64,000 nucleotides of DNA from an uncultured candidate division Zixibacteria bacterium (lineage in GTDB: Bacteria > Zixibacteria > MSB-5A5 > GN15 > FEB-12): NCBI GenBank assembly GCA_963664195.1, contig OY760907.1:1440001-1504000 (forward strand), in the 5' to 3' direction. Under the pieces are notes generated by a model, which saw nothing but the letters and a program-made list of their open reading frames with translations, did no database searches and was not told the DNA's origin. The position numbers and the translations under genes are program-made. Positions within the stretch are counted from its first letter, which is position 1. Every line of letters starts with the position of its first letter. Shown piece by piece: positions 28,189 to 36,911 of the stretch.

Positions 28189-28217
28189 TTGACAGGAGCA
28201 GGAAAATGGGCTATTAT
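28189..28217 (+). promoter_or_regulatory. sigma70-type promoter
   Basis: TTGACA-17 nt-TATTAT upstream of 28362. Confidence 0.7.
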
Positions 28218-28361
28218 GGATTGAGCACACCAGTACACTCGATTAGTGGCCCATTGAGAGGCCGACACGTTGATTCGTTATGCGAACGGCACCGTTGTCA
28301 CGTTGACTTGTCAAATCATACCTGCCTATGGCAGATCACATATTTCGCGGGAGAAGGTTTT

Positions 28362-30242
28362 ATGAAGAGAGTTGTAATATCAATTGCGATGATGATTGCA
28401 GTGAGTCTGCTGTTATCGACGGTGGCGTCTGGCCAGGACATGTTTGCACCCGCGGTCAATTATGCCACCGGAGATCACCCTTACTCTGTCTTTTCGATCG
28501 ATTTCAACGGCGACGGCAATAATGATCTGGTGACTGCGAACGCGGTTTCTGACGATGTTTCAATCCTGTTGGGCAATGGAGACGGAACTTTCCAGAGCGC
28601 GGTTAGCTATGCCGTCGGGGATGAGCCTAGCTCTGTTTTCTCGATTGATCTCGACGGCGATGGGGAGTATGATCTGGCGACTGCAAACTATATCTCTGAC
28701 AATGTTTCGATCCTATTGGGCAACGGCGACGGAACATTCCAGACGGCGGTTAATTACGCAGCCGGAAATCACCCATGGTCTATTTTCTCGATTGATTTGA
28801 ACGGCGACGGCAACAATGATCTGGCGACTGCGAACCCTCACACTGACAATGTCTCGATACTGCTGGGCAATGGGGACGGGACATTCCAGAGCGCGGTTTC
28901 CCATGCCGCCGGAGATTATGCTTACTCAGTTTTCTCGATTGATCTCAACGGCGACGGCAACAATGATCTGGCAACTGCAAACGATCACTCTAACAATGTT
29001 TCGATCCTGCTGGGCAATGGCGACGGAACGCTCCAGAGTGCGGTTAGCTATGCAGCCGGAGATGCTCCACGCTCAGTCCTTGCGATTGATTTCAATGGCG
29101 ACGGCAACAATGATCTGGCTACTGCGAACGAAGGCTCTGACAATGTTTCGATCCTGCTGGGCAATGGCGACGGGACATTCCAGAGTGCGGTTACCTTTAC
29201 CACAGGGGACGGGCCACACTCTGTTTTCTCGATTGATCTTGACGGCGATGGGAAGAATGATCTGGCGACTGCAAACTTCGACAGTGTCTCGGTCCTGCTG
29301 GGCAACGGCGACGGGACTTTCCAAGGTGCGGTTAACTACGCGGCGGGAGATGGCTCTCTCTCTGTTTTCTCGACTGATTTTAACAGCGATGGGTTCAATG
29401 ATCTTGTGACTGCCAACGGAAACTCTGAGAATGTCTCGATATTCCTCAACACAACTGTAATGGACACCGACGAGGATGGCATCCCCGACAGCGTCGACAA
29501 CTGCCCGGACGACTACAACCCGATGCAGGAAGACCGGGATCACGACGGCATTGGCGACGCATGTGACGATTGCGACTGCTGCAACTGTCCTACCCTCGGC
29601 AACGTCGACGGCAGTCCCGACTGTCTAGTCACCATGGGCGATCTTACCGTGCTGATCGATTATCTGTTCATAAGCCTTGATCCGTTGCTCTGTAATCAAG
29701 ATGGAAACGTGGATATGAGCGAGGACTGTCTCGTTACGATGAGTGATCTCACCGTGATAATCGATCACTTGTTCATCGGTCTGAGTCCGCTTCCGGCCTG
29801 CCCGGCATACGACTACGGGACACCCTCCCCGGAGTTCAACAGTGTCTCGGAGTGTCTGAATGAGCCGAGGAAAGACGCACCGTTCGAGCTGGGTTGCATC
29901 GACTGGTCGTGGAGTGCCGGGACGTTGAGTATTACGCACGTCAACGGCGGTTTCAATTGCTGTGTGGACATTGTGTCGGACGGGATTTACGTCAGCGGCA
30001 ACACAATCAGGATTTACGAGATTGACTCGACCATTGGTGATCCCTGCCCGTGTATGTGCTGCTATGACGTCAGCTACACGATCGAAAATGTGGCGCCCGA
30101 GGCGTACCGAATACTCGTCTACGAGCCGAACCTGTATCCTGCCGATGAGCATCTGGATATTGTGATTGACTTGATGGCTGAGCCCTCGGGACGCGTGTGC
30201 GTGGATCGCCACGAGTACCCCTGGGTGCAGTTCAAAGACTGA
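28362..30242 (+). CDS. secreted FG-GAP/VCBS repeat beta-propeller protein with TSP3-like repeat, dockerin-like domain and Cys-rich C-terminal domain
   Basis: Signal peptide; seven ~49-aa repeats (D.NGDG.NDLATAN..S..VSILLGNGDGTF); DTDEDGIPDSVDNCP; GNVDG....VTMGDLTVLIDYLF duplicated. Confidence 0.85.
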   Translation: MKRVVISIAMMIAVSLLLSTVASGQDMFAPAVNYATGDHPYSVFSIDFNGDGNNDLVTANAVSDDVSILLGNGDGTFQSAVSYAVGDEPSSVFSIDLDGDGEYDLATANYISDNVSILLGNGDGTFQTAVNYAAGNHPWSIFSIDLNGDGNNDLATANPHTDNVSILLGNGDGTFQSAVSHAAGDYAYSVFSIDLNGDGNNDLATANDHSNNVSILLGNGDGTLQSAVSYAAGDAPRSVLAIDFNGDGNNDLATANEGSDNVSILLGNGDGTFQSAVTFTTGDGPHSVFSIDLDGDGKNDLATANFDSVSVLLGNGDGTFQGAVNYAAGDGSLSVFSTDFNSDGFNDLVTANGNSENVSIFLNTTVMDTDEDGIPDSVDNCPDDYNPMQEDRDHDGIGDACDDCDCCNCPTLGNVDGSPDCLVTMGDLTVLIDYLFISLDPLLCNQDGNVDMSEDCLVTMSDLTVIIDHLFIGLSPLPACPAYDYGTPSPEFNSVSECLNEPRKDAPFELGCIDWSWSAGTLSITHVNGGFNCCVDIVSDGIYVSGNTIRIYEIDSTIGDPCPCMCCYDVSYTIENVAPEAYRILVYEPNLYPADEHLDIVIDLMAEPSGRVCVDRHEYPWVQFKD

Positions 30243-30263
30243 TAGAAACTAGTGTGAATTGTT

Positions 30264-30296
30264 TGGGCCGGTTCTTCACGGGACCGGCCCATTTTT
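30264..30296 (+). terminator. intrinsic terminator
   Basis: TGGGCCGGTTC..GGACCGGCCCA followed by TTTTT. Confidence 0.75.
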
Positions 30297-30540
30297 GTGC
30301 CGTTGGACGATCCCGTCCGACGGCATCAGCATACAGTGCCAGGATCTCTAAACCTACACCGGCACGAGTGAGCCACCGAGTCTACTAGGAGTGTCAAAAC
30401 TACAGGAGTTTTGACCTACCAGAACTACAACCCGGAAGTCCGGCATCCCATCCCGCCCCCAGGTGGGTTTGTCTTGTCTGATCCGGACATAACATGGTCG
30501 TCATCGTTGTATCGGGGGGATTCAAACCTGGCCAAAAAAA

Positions 30541-30616
30541 TGGCGACCCCTACGGGACTCGAACCCGTGTTGCCGCCGTGAAAGGGCGGAGTCCTAGACC
30601 ACTAGACGAAGGGGTC
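30541..30616 (-). tRNA. tRNA-Glu (TTC)
   Basis: Cloverleaf; anticodon arm CCGCC-CTTTCAC-GGCGG; TTCGAG T-loop; encoded CCA; TTGACA-16-TATAAT at 30668-30641. Confidence 0.97.
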
Positions 30617-31116
30617 GTTTCTAGTGAAACAGAGAGACCTATTATACGGGTTTTCCTCGACCTGTCAAGAAGATATGACCTTATTGCACGGTAACTTGCG
30701 AAAATTGTTGGGGACAACCTTCAACATCATCCGCCTTGTGTCAAGCGAGTCCGGTCGTATTGGTCAATCTATAACTTACTGTCACACAGCATATTAATAC
30801 TGTTCGTAAATTCAGGTTGACATATCGCCCTGTTATATAGTAACTTAGAAGCACGAGTTCTTCGGTTCCCTGCGAGGTTTCTGACCGGGAGTCCGCTAAG
30901 GATGCGAGTCGTTCTGCGGAATGTCGCAAGGATGCGACCCGGCCGGAGCAAGCGCTTCACCGGTCTTCTTCCCCTTCGATAGTCCAGCCACTCGACAGTT
31001 CCGACATATTGAACCTGCGAAGAAACGTGGATACTCATGTCTGTGCTGCGAATGTGGTTTCTACGTTAGCGGTAGTGTATTCTCCTCACCACAGACTTGT
31101 AGTTGATTCCGGTTTG

Positions 31117-32466
31117 GTGCCTCCCCATACTTCTCCCGTGTTTACCGGTTCTAAGAAATTCGTCACGGTCGCGCTGTTCACCGCGATGCTTATCGTTCTG
31201 GTCAATCTCGCCTGGTGGTTCTACTACGAGAAGACCGAGCAGCTTCTCGACCAGCAACTCAGCCGTCGATTGGCAGCGGTCGCGCAGACAGCAGCCACGG
31301 CACTCGACCCTGCCGCGATCGATCAGCTTGCCGAGGGCAGTCTGGACGGTTATCTCGACGTCATTGAGGTACTGCGGTCGGTGCGTGAGTCTGATTCGTT
31401 ATCGGACGTGTTTATCCTCGATGAAGGCTACAGTTATCTTGCTACCACCATGCTTGAGACGGACTCCGTCTATTTTCTTGCTGAATTGAACTCACCGCAA
31501 ATAGACTCGCTGTTTTTCGGTGAAGCGATCGGCGCAATCCTGACTCCCACGTACCAGAGCGGCACCCTGTTTCTCAAGACAGCGTTTGCGCCCCTGTACG
31601 GCGAGGAAGGATTCGTGGTTGCCGTGCTCGGGGTCGAGGCGAATGTCGACTATTTCGACGCCCTCAACGAACTTCGCCAAAACCTCAGGTATGCCACCGG
31701 ACTTTCGCTGGTAGGTGGCCTGGTGCTGGGCCTTCTCTTTCTTCTGCTCCAGCGGCGGATCAATCGGGCGGAACAGCAGTTGTTCCTCGGCCAAACACAC
31801 GCCCACCTGGGGCGGATGGTAGCGGTCGTAGCGCATGAGTTGAAAAACCCGCTGATGATAATCCGCGGCTCGGCGGAGCGTATCACCCGTAAGACAGAAA
31901 TGCCCGAAGCGGCGTATGTCGTGGAGGAAATCGACCGGCTCGACGGTATCGTCACCGGCTATCTCGATTTCGCTCGTTCAGGCGGCTCGCTCCTCGCCGG
32001 TGATAGCCGACAGACCGTAGACCTGGTCGAGCTTTGTGTCAGCGTGCAGAAGCACCTGTTTGAGAAATATGCGGGGGAGGAAATCATCTGGCTGGGAGGC
32101 GTCGAGACGCCCTCGATCAGCATCGAAGGGTATCCCAGATCGCTCAGGCAGGTGATCCTGAATCTACTTATCAACGGCGTTGAATCCTGTCGAGAGGCGG
32201 GGAAACCGATCGAAGTCGGCCTCAACCTGATTGACAGTGAGAAGTCTATTACGCTAATTGCATTGGATCACGGCGGTGGAATTGAATCCAAAGAGCTCAA
32301 GAAGGTGTTCACGCCGTTCTACACGACCCGTCAGAGCGGATCCGGGCTGGGGCTGTATCTCTCCCGGAAAATCGTGATGCAAATGAATGGCAGGATGAAT
32401 ATCAAATCCGAGCCGGATCTCATGACCGAAGTAATAATTTCTCTTCCGAAAGAACCAAAGGCGTAG
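31117..32466 (+). CDS. membrane sensor histidine kinase
   Basis: Two transmembrane segments; AHELKNPL H-box, NLLING N-box, DHGGGI, PFYTTR..GSGLGL. Start uncertain (ORF open from 31009). Confidence 0.9.
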   Translation: MPPHTSPVFTGSKKFVTVALFTAMLIVLVNLAWWFYYEKTEQLLDQQLSRRLAAVAQTAATALDPAAIDQLAEGSLDGYLDVIEVLRSVRESDSLSDVFILDEGYSYLATTMLETDSVYFLAELNSPQIDSLFFGEAIGAILTPTYQSGTLFLKTAFAPLYGEEGFVVAVLGVEANVDYFDALNELRQNLRYATGLSLVGGLVLGLLFLLLQRRINRAEQQLFLGQTHAHLGRMVAVVAHELKNPLMIIRGSAERITRKTEMPEAAYVVEEIDRLDGIVTGYLDFARSGGSLLAGDSRQTVDLVELCVSVQKHLFEKYAGEEIIWLGGVETPSISIEGYPRSLRQVILNLLINGVESCREAGKPIEVGLNLIDSEKSITLIALDHGGGIESKELKKVFTPFYTTRQSGSGLGLYLSRKIVMQMNGRMNIKSEPDLMTEVIISLPKEPKA

Positions 32467-32468
32467 AT

Positions 32469-33794
32469 ATGGCCCGTATTCTCGTTGTTGATGATGAACC
32501 GAAAATGACCTCGCTGGTCTGCGGCACTCTTGAGGATGAAGGGCATCGGGTGATGACGACCACCGATTCCAACGAGGCGCTTCGGTTGATTGAAAAGCAC
32601 GCCTATGATATCGTAATCACCGATCTGTCGATGCCACAGGTGTCTGGGATGCAAATCCTCGAGTCGGCGCTGGCCAAGGGTGGTGCCGAGGTGATCATGA
32701 TGACTGCCTACGGTACCGCGCAGACAGCAGTCGAAGCGATGAAAAAGGGAGCGGCGGACTATCTGATCAAACCGTTTGCTCTGGATGAATTGGTGATTCT
32801 CGTCAAGAAGCTGACTGAAAAGCAGCGCCTGATCTCGCTGGCTGAGCATTTCCAGCAGGAAGCCCGCAGCGCAGGATCGACCGAGTTCATCGGATCTTCG
32901 CCAGCCGCTCTCAAGGTTCGAAGGATGATCGAGAAGGTGGCCGGGACCGATGCTACGGTGCTTCTCACCGGACGGTCCGGCACCGGCAAGGAGTTAGCGG
33001 CGCGGATGATCCACGACCTCTCCCCTCGTTCCTCGAAGCCGTTTATCGCAGTCAACGCGGCCGCCCTGACCGAGACGCTGCTGGAGTCGGAGTTGTTCGG
33101 TCATGAGAAGGGTTCGTTCACAGGAGCAGTAGCGCAAAAGCGGGGTAGATTCGAACTCGCTGAAAAGGGGACTATCTTCCTGGATGAAATCGGCGAGATG
33201 CCGCTTTCGATGCAAACCAAGCTACTGAGGGTGCTCGAGGAACGTCAACTGGTAAGAGTTGGCGGAGTTGATACGATTGATATCGATGTCCGAGTGGTGG
33301 TGGCGACCAACCGTAACCTGAAAGAAGAAATCAAGACCGGGAAGTTCCGTGAGGATTTGTATTTCCGGCTGAACGTCTTTCCAGTCGAGCTGCCGTCGCT
33401 GGCTGAGCGAGGGGATGATGTTCTCTCTCTGGCGGAGTATTTTCTCAAGTCGCAGCAGTTTCCGCATTGGGAGCTTGGCCGGCCGGTACGCGAGCTGTTT
33501 CTGGCCTATGACTGGCCGGGGAATGTCCGCGAACTGAAGAACGTCCTTGAGCGCGGAGTGATCCTTTCTGGCGGCGAACCGCTGACAACTGATGATTTTT
33601 CTATCGAAGTAGACAACGAGCCGCTTGGTTCGGGTGGGGCTTCAGCCTCTGCCGAAGGGGGACTGGAGACGGCCGAAAAGAGTATGATTCTTTCTGCGCT
33701 GGAGAAAGCCGGCGGCAACAAGACCGAGGCGGCCCGTCTGTTGAAAATCACCCGTCGCCGTCTGTACAGCAGAATGAAAGTCCACGGCCTTTGA
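32469..33794 (+). CDS. sigma54-dependent response regulator (NtrC/ZraR family)
   Basis: REC domain; [38 protein letters not shown]; Fis-type HTH. Confidence 0.95.
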   Translation: MARILVVDDEPKMTSLVCGTLEDEGHRVMTTTDSNEALRLIEKHAYDIVITDLSMPQVSGMQILESALAKGGAEVIMMTAYGTAQTAVEAMKKGAADYLIKPFALDELVILVKKLTEKQRLISLAEHFQQEARSAGSTEFIGSSPAALKVRRMIEKVAGTDATVLLTGRSGTGKELAARMIHDLSPRSSKPFIAVNAAALTETLLESELFGHEKGSFTGAVAQKRGRFELAEKGTIFLDEIGEMPLSMQTKLLRVLEERQLVRVGGVDTIDIDVRVVVATNRNLKEEIKTGKFREDLYFRLNVFPVELPSLAERGDDVLSLAEYFLKSQQFPHWELGRPVRELFLAYDWPGNVRELKNVLERGVILSGGEPLTTDDFSIEVDNEPLGSGGASASAEGGLETAEKSMILSALEKAGGNKTEAARLLKITRRRLYSRMKVHGL

Positions 33795-34027
33795 GCGACA
33801 AGGATTTGGCTGTTGTCGTGCTCCCATATCAATCGGGAGCACGCGTGGGAGCACGCGGAGCACGAGTTTTTTGGGCTGTCGTGGGGAGGTTCAACAGTCG
33901 GCAAATCGGAACAAATCGGGCGAATTGGGACACCAAAGCGTACCGATGGGTACAGCGGTAAGGCTGTGCGGATGCGGTTGTCTTTGTAAGGCGCGTTGCA
34001 GTAATCACTTACACAATCGACCGGGGG

Positions 34028-34043
34028 CGGCACGAGGTTTGTA
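34028..34043 (+). promoter_or_regulatory. candidate sigma54 -24/-12 promoter
   Basis: CGGCACG-AGGT-TTGT (GG-N10-GT, one deviation from GC) about 30 nt before 34074, just downstream of a sigma54 activator gene. Confidence 0.5.
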
Positions 34044-34073
34044 TATGTTGTCGGGAGTGATGGAGCGAATACG

Positions 34074-35114
34074 ATGAAAACGAACATTCTGAAATATATG
34101 GTCCTCGCGTCGCTGATCTTGACGGCCTGTTCGAGTCTGATGGCTCAAGGGCACAATGACGGCCAGCAAGTCCGTCGGGAACTTGAGCGGACAGATGACT
34201 ATATTGTGAGGGCGCAGGAGGCGGTGCGCGCCTCCAATAATCCGTTGGCAGCCAAAACGCTCTCTCAGGCTCAAACCAAGCAGAAGAATGCCTGGAGCCA
34301 GTTTGGGCAGCAACGCCTGGTAATGGCGCTGAAGTTCACTCGTGACGCGCGGTCTCTGGCTGCGAATGCCTACTCACAGAGCCGAAATACTGAGCAAATA
34401 GAGGGCGTGGTGCTTCGCAAGCTGGAGCGTGCCCGTGACGTCGTCGATCGGGCGCGAGAAGCGGTATCCGGTCAGCAGCAGGCCGGACACCGGGCAATCA
34501 TGAGGACTGCCGAGGATAATCTGACGCGTGCCTGGGAGTTTTTTCGAGATCACCGGTACACTGCCGCTCTCAGACTGGCTGACCAGGTGGAGAAAGCGGC
34601 TCAGCGAGTTGGGCAACAGGCTGAGACGCAGGGTCGCGAGGATACACTGTACCGGCGTCGGTGGGAAGCCGTTGATCGGCGTGTACAGCAGGCGCGTGAG
34701 GCAGTTAGTGACTGCGAACTGGGATCGGCCCGGGAGCACCTGGAGCACGCGGTGGAAGCGATGGGTCTGGCCGAAGATCTCAATAGAGACGGTCGTCCGG
34801 CTGCCTCTCTCCAAGCGCTGAAACGCGCCCGGAACAGTGCAACCAGAGCCATAAGTGAGTGTCAGGGGCTGGATCCGCTCTGGTCACGACACCAGAAACT
34901 GACAGATCAGGCCGATAGATTGGCCGAAAAGCTCGAGAGTCTGGGCGGCCCCGGGGGCGAGGCCGCGCAGACTCTCATCAATAAGGCCGCCAGGCAGTTG
35001 GATCTGGCCGGAAACCGACTGAAAGAGGAAAAACTGGAGCAGGCCATCACCGCCCTTCAGGCAGCACAGCTTGCGCTTCGACAGGCCGAGCGTTACATTA
35101 CCAGCGGTTCTTAA
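34074..35114 (+). CDS. secreted all-helical repeat protein, unknown function
   Basis: Signal peptide; about four repeats of pattern ..RA.EAV....A...L..A......A......A.....A; GGAG RBS. Confidence 0.7.
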   Translation: MKTNILKYMVLASLILTACSSLMAQGHNDGQQVRRELERTDDYIVRAQEAVRASNNPLAAKTLSQAQTKQKNAWSQFGQQRLVMALKFTRDARSLAANAYSQSRNTEQIEGVVLRKLERARDVVDRAREAVSGQQQAGHRAIMRTAEDNLTRAWEFFRDHRYTAALRLADQVEKAAQRVGQQAETQGREDTLYRRRWEAVDRRVQQAREAVSDCELGSAREHLEHAVEAMGLAEDLNRDGRPAASLQALKRARNSATRAISECQGLDPLWSRHQKLTDQADRLAEKLESLGGPGGEAAQTLINKAARQLDLAGNRLKEEKLEQAITALQAAQLALRQAERYITSGS

Positions 35115-35132
35115 CTTAACCGGGAGCTTCGG

Positions 35133-36407
35133 TTGCGTCGATTTCCACTCGCCCTGCTGATAATCCTGCCGGTTGTCCTGGGTACGTGCGTGTCCTCGTT
35201 TGCCGGCAAGCTAAGCTATTCTGCCGGTGTTGGTTACGAGTATCTCTCCCAGGAGTTCTTTGAGGATTCCCTCGGCCTGTCCGGGGTTGACTCACTGGCT
35301 ACCATTACCCGGGTCAAAACCACCTATTTAGATGACTTCAGAGGGGAGTTTGCCGTACGATACAGCCCTTTTCAGGACGATCGCGTGGAATTGGGTGCAT
35401 CGTATGAGCAGACTCCGGATTTCCTGCGGATCAAGGTAACTTCGCGGTATCGCCAGCCCCGGGGGGGCACCACCGTGTTTCAGTGGGATGGTGAACTGGT
35501 GGCCAAGGAGGCCTACAGTGGTGATACCGATGCCTCGGACAGCTATGTGGACGGGTACGGCAAGGCAAAACTAGTGCTCCCTCTTGCTGAGAACACGCGT
35601 TTGTGGGGGCAGGTCCGGACGGAGTTCATCCGTTTCGACTCTACCACGTCATTCAGTTTCAACCATTACCGCGCCGAGGGCAAAGCCGGTGTCACACAAT
35701 ACCTTGGCGGTCTCTCAGTGCTCGATGTTGACCTGTTTTACCAGCTTCGCGGAGTGCCTGATTCCAGTGATCTGGATTACGATGCCTTTGGTGCCGAACT
35801 GGCCTGGTTCGGGCTGTACGAGAGGGGTGATGTTGATCTGTTTACTCGATTGGAATCAAGAGGTTACGAGAAGCAAGGCGGAGTAGATGACTATCTTCGT
35901 ATGGAGGTCGACCTTCGCCATCGAATCCGGTTTGGACACAGTCTGGTAGCGCGGCAGGAGTTTGATCTGGAGGTGCTGTCGTTTGATAACCCTGACTTGT
36001 TGAACAGCAACTACACGCGGGTTGGCCTGGACCTGCTGGGCGGCTGGGAGCGGGATGCTGTCAGCGTGGCTCTCGGGCCGCATATTGAACTCTTGGACGA
36101 GAAACTGAGCGAGTCTACGAGCTCAGAGGAGTATGTCGAAACCGGCCTCAAAACGGAGCTGGATTATTACGGGTCGACCAGTCTGTTTCTATCTCTGGAG
36201 TCGGTATTCGGATACCGGAATCTTCAGTACGTGGACGACCTGTCGAGCGACTTCGTTTTTGAGCGAATCGACCTGGTGGCGGATTGGGAAATAGTGAACA
36301 TGCTCCATGCCAATCTATTGTTGTCGGCCCAGTGGGAATGGCATGACGCCGATATCGATGACAACCAAATCCTGCTTTTTTCGAGTGGATTGAGTTACGG
36401 ATTTTAG
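35133..36407 (+). CDS. probable outer-membrane beta-barrel protein
   Basis: Signal peptide; alternating amphipathic strands rich in Y/F/W; C-terminal GLSYGF. Confidence 0.7.
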   Translation: MRRFPLALLIILPVVLGTCVSSFAGKLSYSAGVGYEYLSQEFFEDSLGLSGVDSLATITRVKTTYLDDFRGEFAVRYSPFQDDRVELGASYEQTPDFLRIKVTSRYRQPRGGTTVFQWDGELVAKEAYSGDTDASDSYVDGYGKAKLVLPLAENTRLWGQVRTEFIRFDSTTSFSFNHYRAEGKAGVTQYLGGLSVLDVDLFYQLRGVPDSSDLDYDAFGAELAWFGLYERGDVDLFTRLESRGYEKQGGVDDYLRMEVDLRHRIRFGHSLVARQEFDLEVLSFDNPDLLNSNYTRVGLDLLGGWERDAVSVALGPHIELLDEKLSESTSSEEYVETGLKTELDYYGSTSLFLSLESVFGYRNLQYVDDLSSDFVFERIDLVADWEIVNMLHANLLLSAQWEWHDADIDDNQILLFSSGLSYGF

Positions 36408-36492
36408 TCTGATCGCTTGTTTCTGATCTTCCTCTTCTTGTTACTACAAGTCATAGTATGACGTCAGATCTCAGATCTTCTACACAAATGTC

Positions 36493-36521
36493 TTGACAAA
36501 ATCGGGCTAACGGGTTATAAT
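36493..36521 (+). promoter_or_regulatory. perfect-consensus sigma70 promoter
   Basis: TTGACA (36493-36498), 17 nt, TATAAT (36516-36521). Confidence 0.85.
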
Positions 36522-36911
36522 GCAAGCGTCTAGGGAAATAGTTGTGTAGAATGCGCTTCTGTTTTGAGTCCCAAGCACCTTAGTAACCGTAAGTATCGCT
36601 TGCAGTTACCTTAGCTCAAACCAAGTTCTTAGGTTGTTTCAAAAGATAGAAAACCTTAGGGTTGAAATATGCCTCACGGGTTTCATCCTTTTCGTTTATT
36701 TCCAAAATCCAATTTCAAGTAGCGGTCTGTCGGACTTTGTTTGATGGACATCCTTGCTGCCCGCAGGGACAGTTTATTTGGAGTTGGCGGGAGCCGGTTC
36801 CCGACTCAAATGAGTGAAATCTGGTATCACGGGTACTTCGCGATCGATCAACAAATCGACGCAAAGGCCCAGAACCTAACTATTTGTATTGAGTACTACA
36901 AGGAGCATTAC

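Noticed and set aside
28440..29450. 147-bp tandem DNA repeats as a non-coding array
   Set aside because: Fully explained by the FG-GAP protein repeats
30541..30616. Integrative element at tRNA-Glu (or at the other tRNAs)
   Set aside because: No integrase and no duplicated tRNA 3' end seen within the window
30769..31038. 89-aa minus-strand ORF between tRNA-Glu and the kinase
   Set aside because: No recognisable motif or clear RBS; cannot be supported
36845..36900. c-di-GMP-I riboswitch suggested by GACGCAAAG..CCTAA
   Set aside because: The upstream GGCAAAC..GNRA hairpin and the closing P1/P3 pairings could not be found; needs an Infernal RF01051 scan
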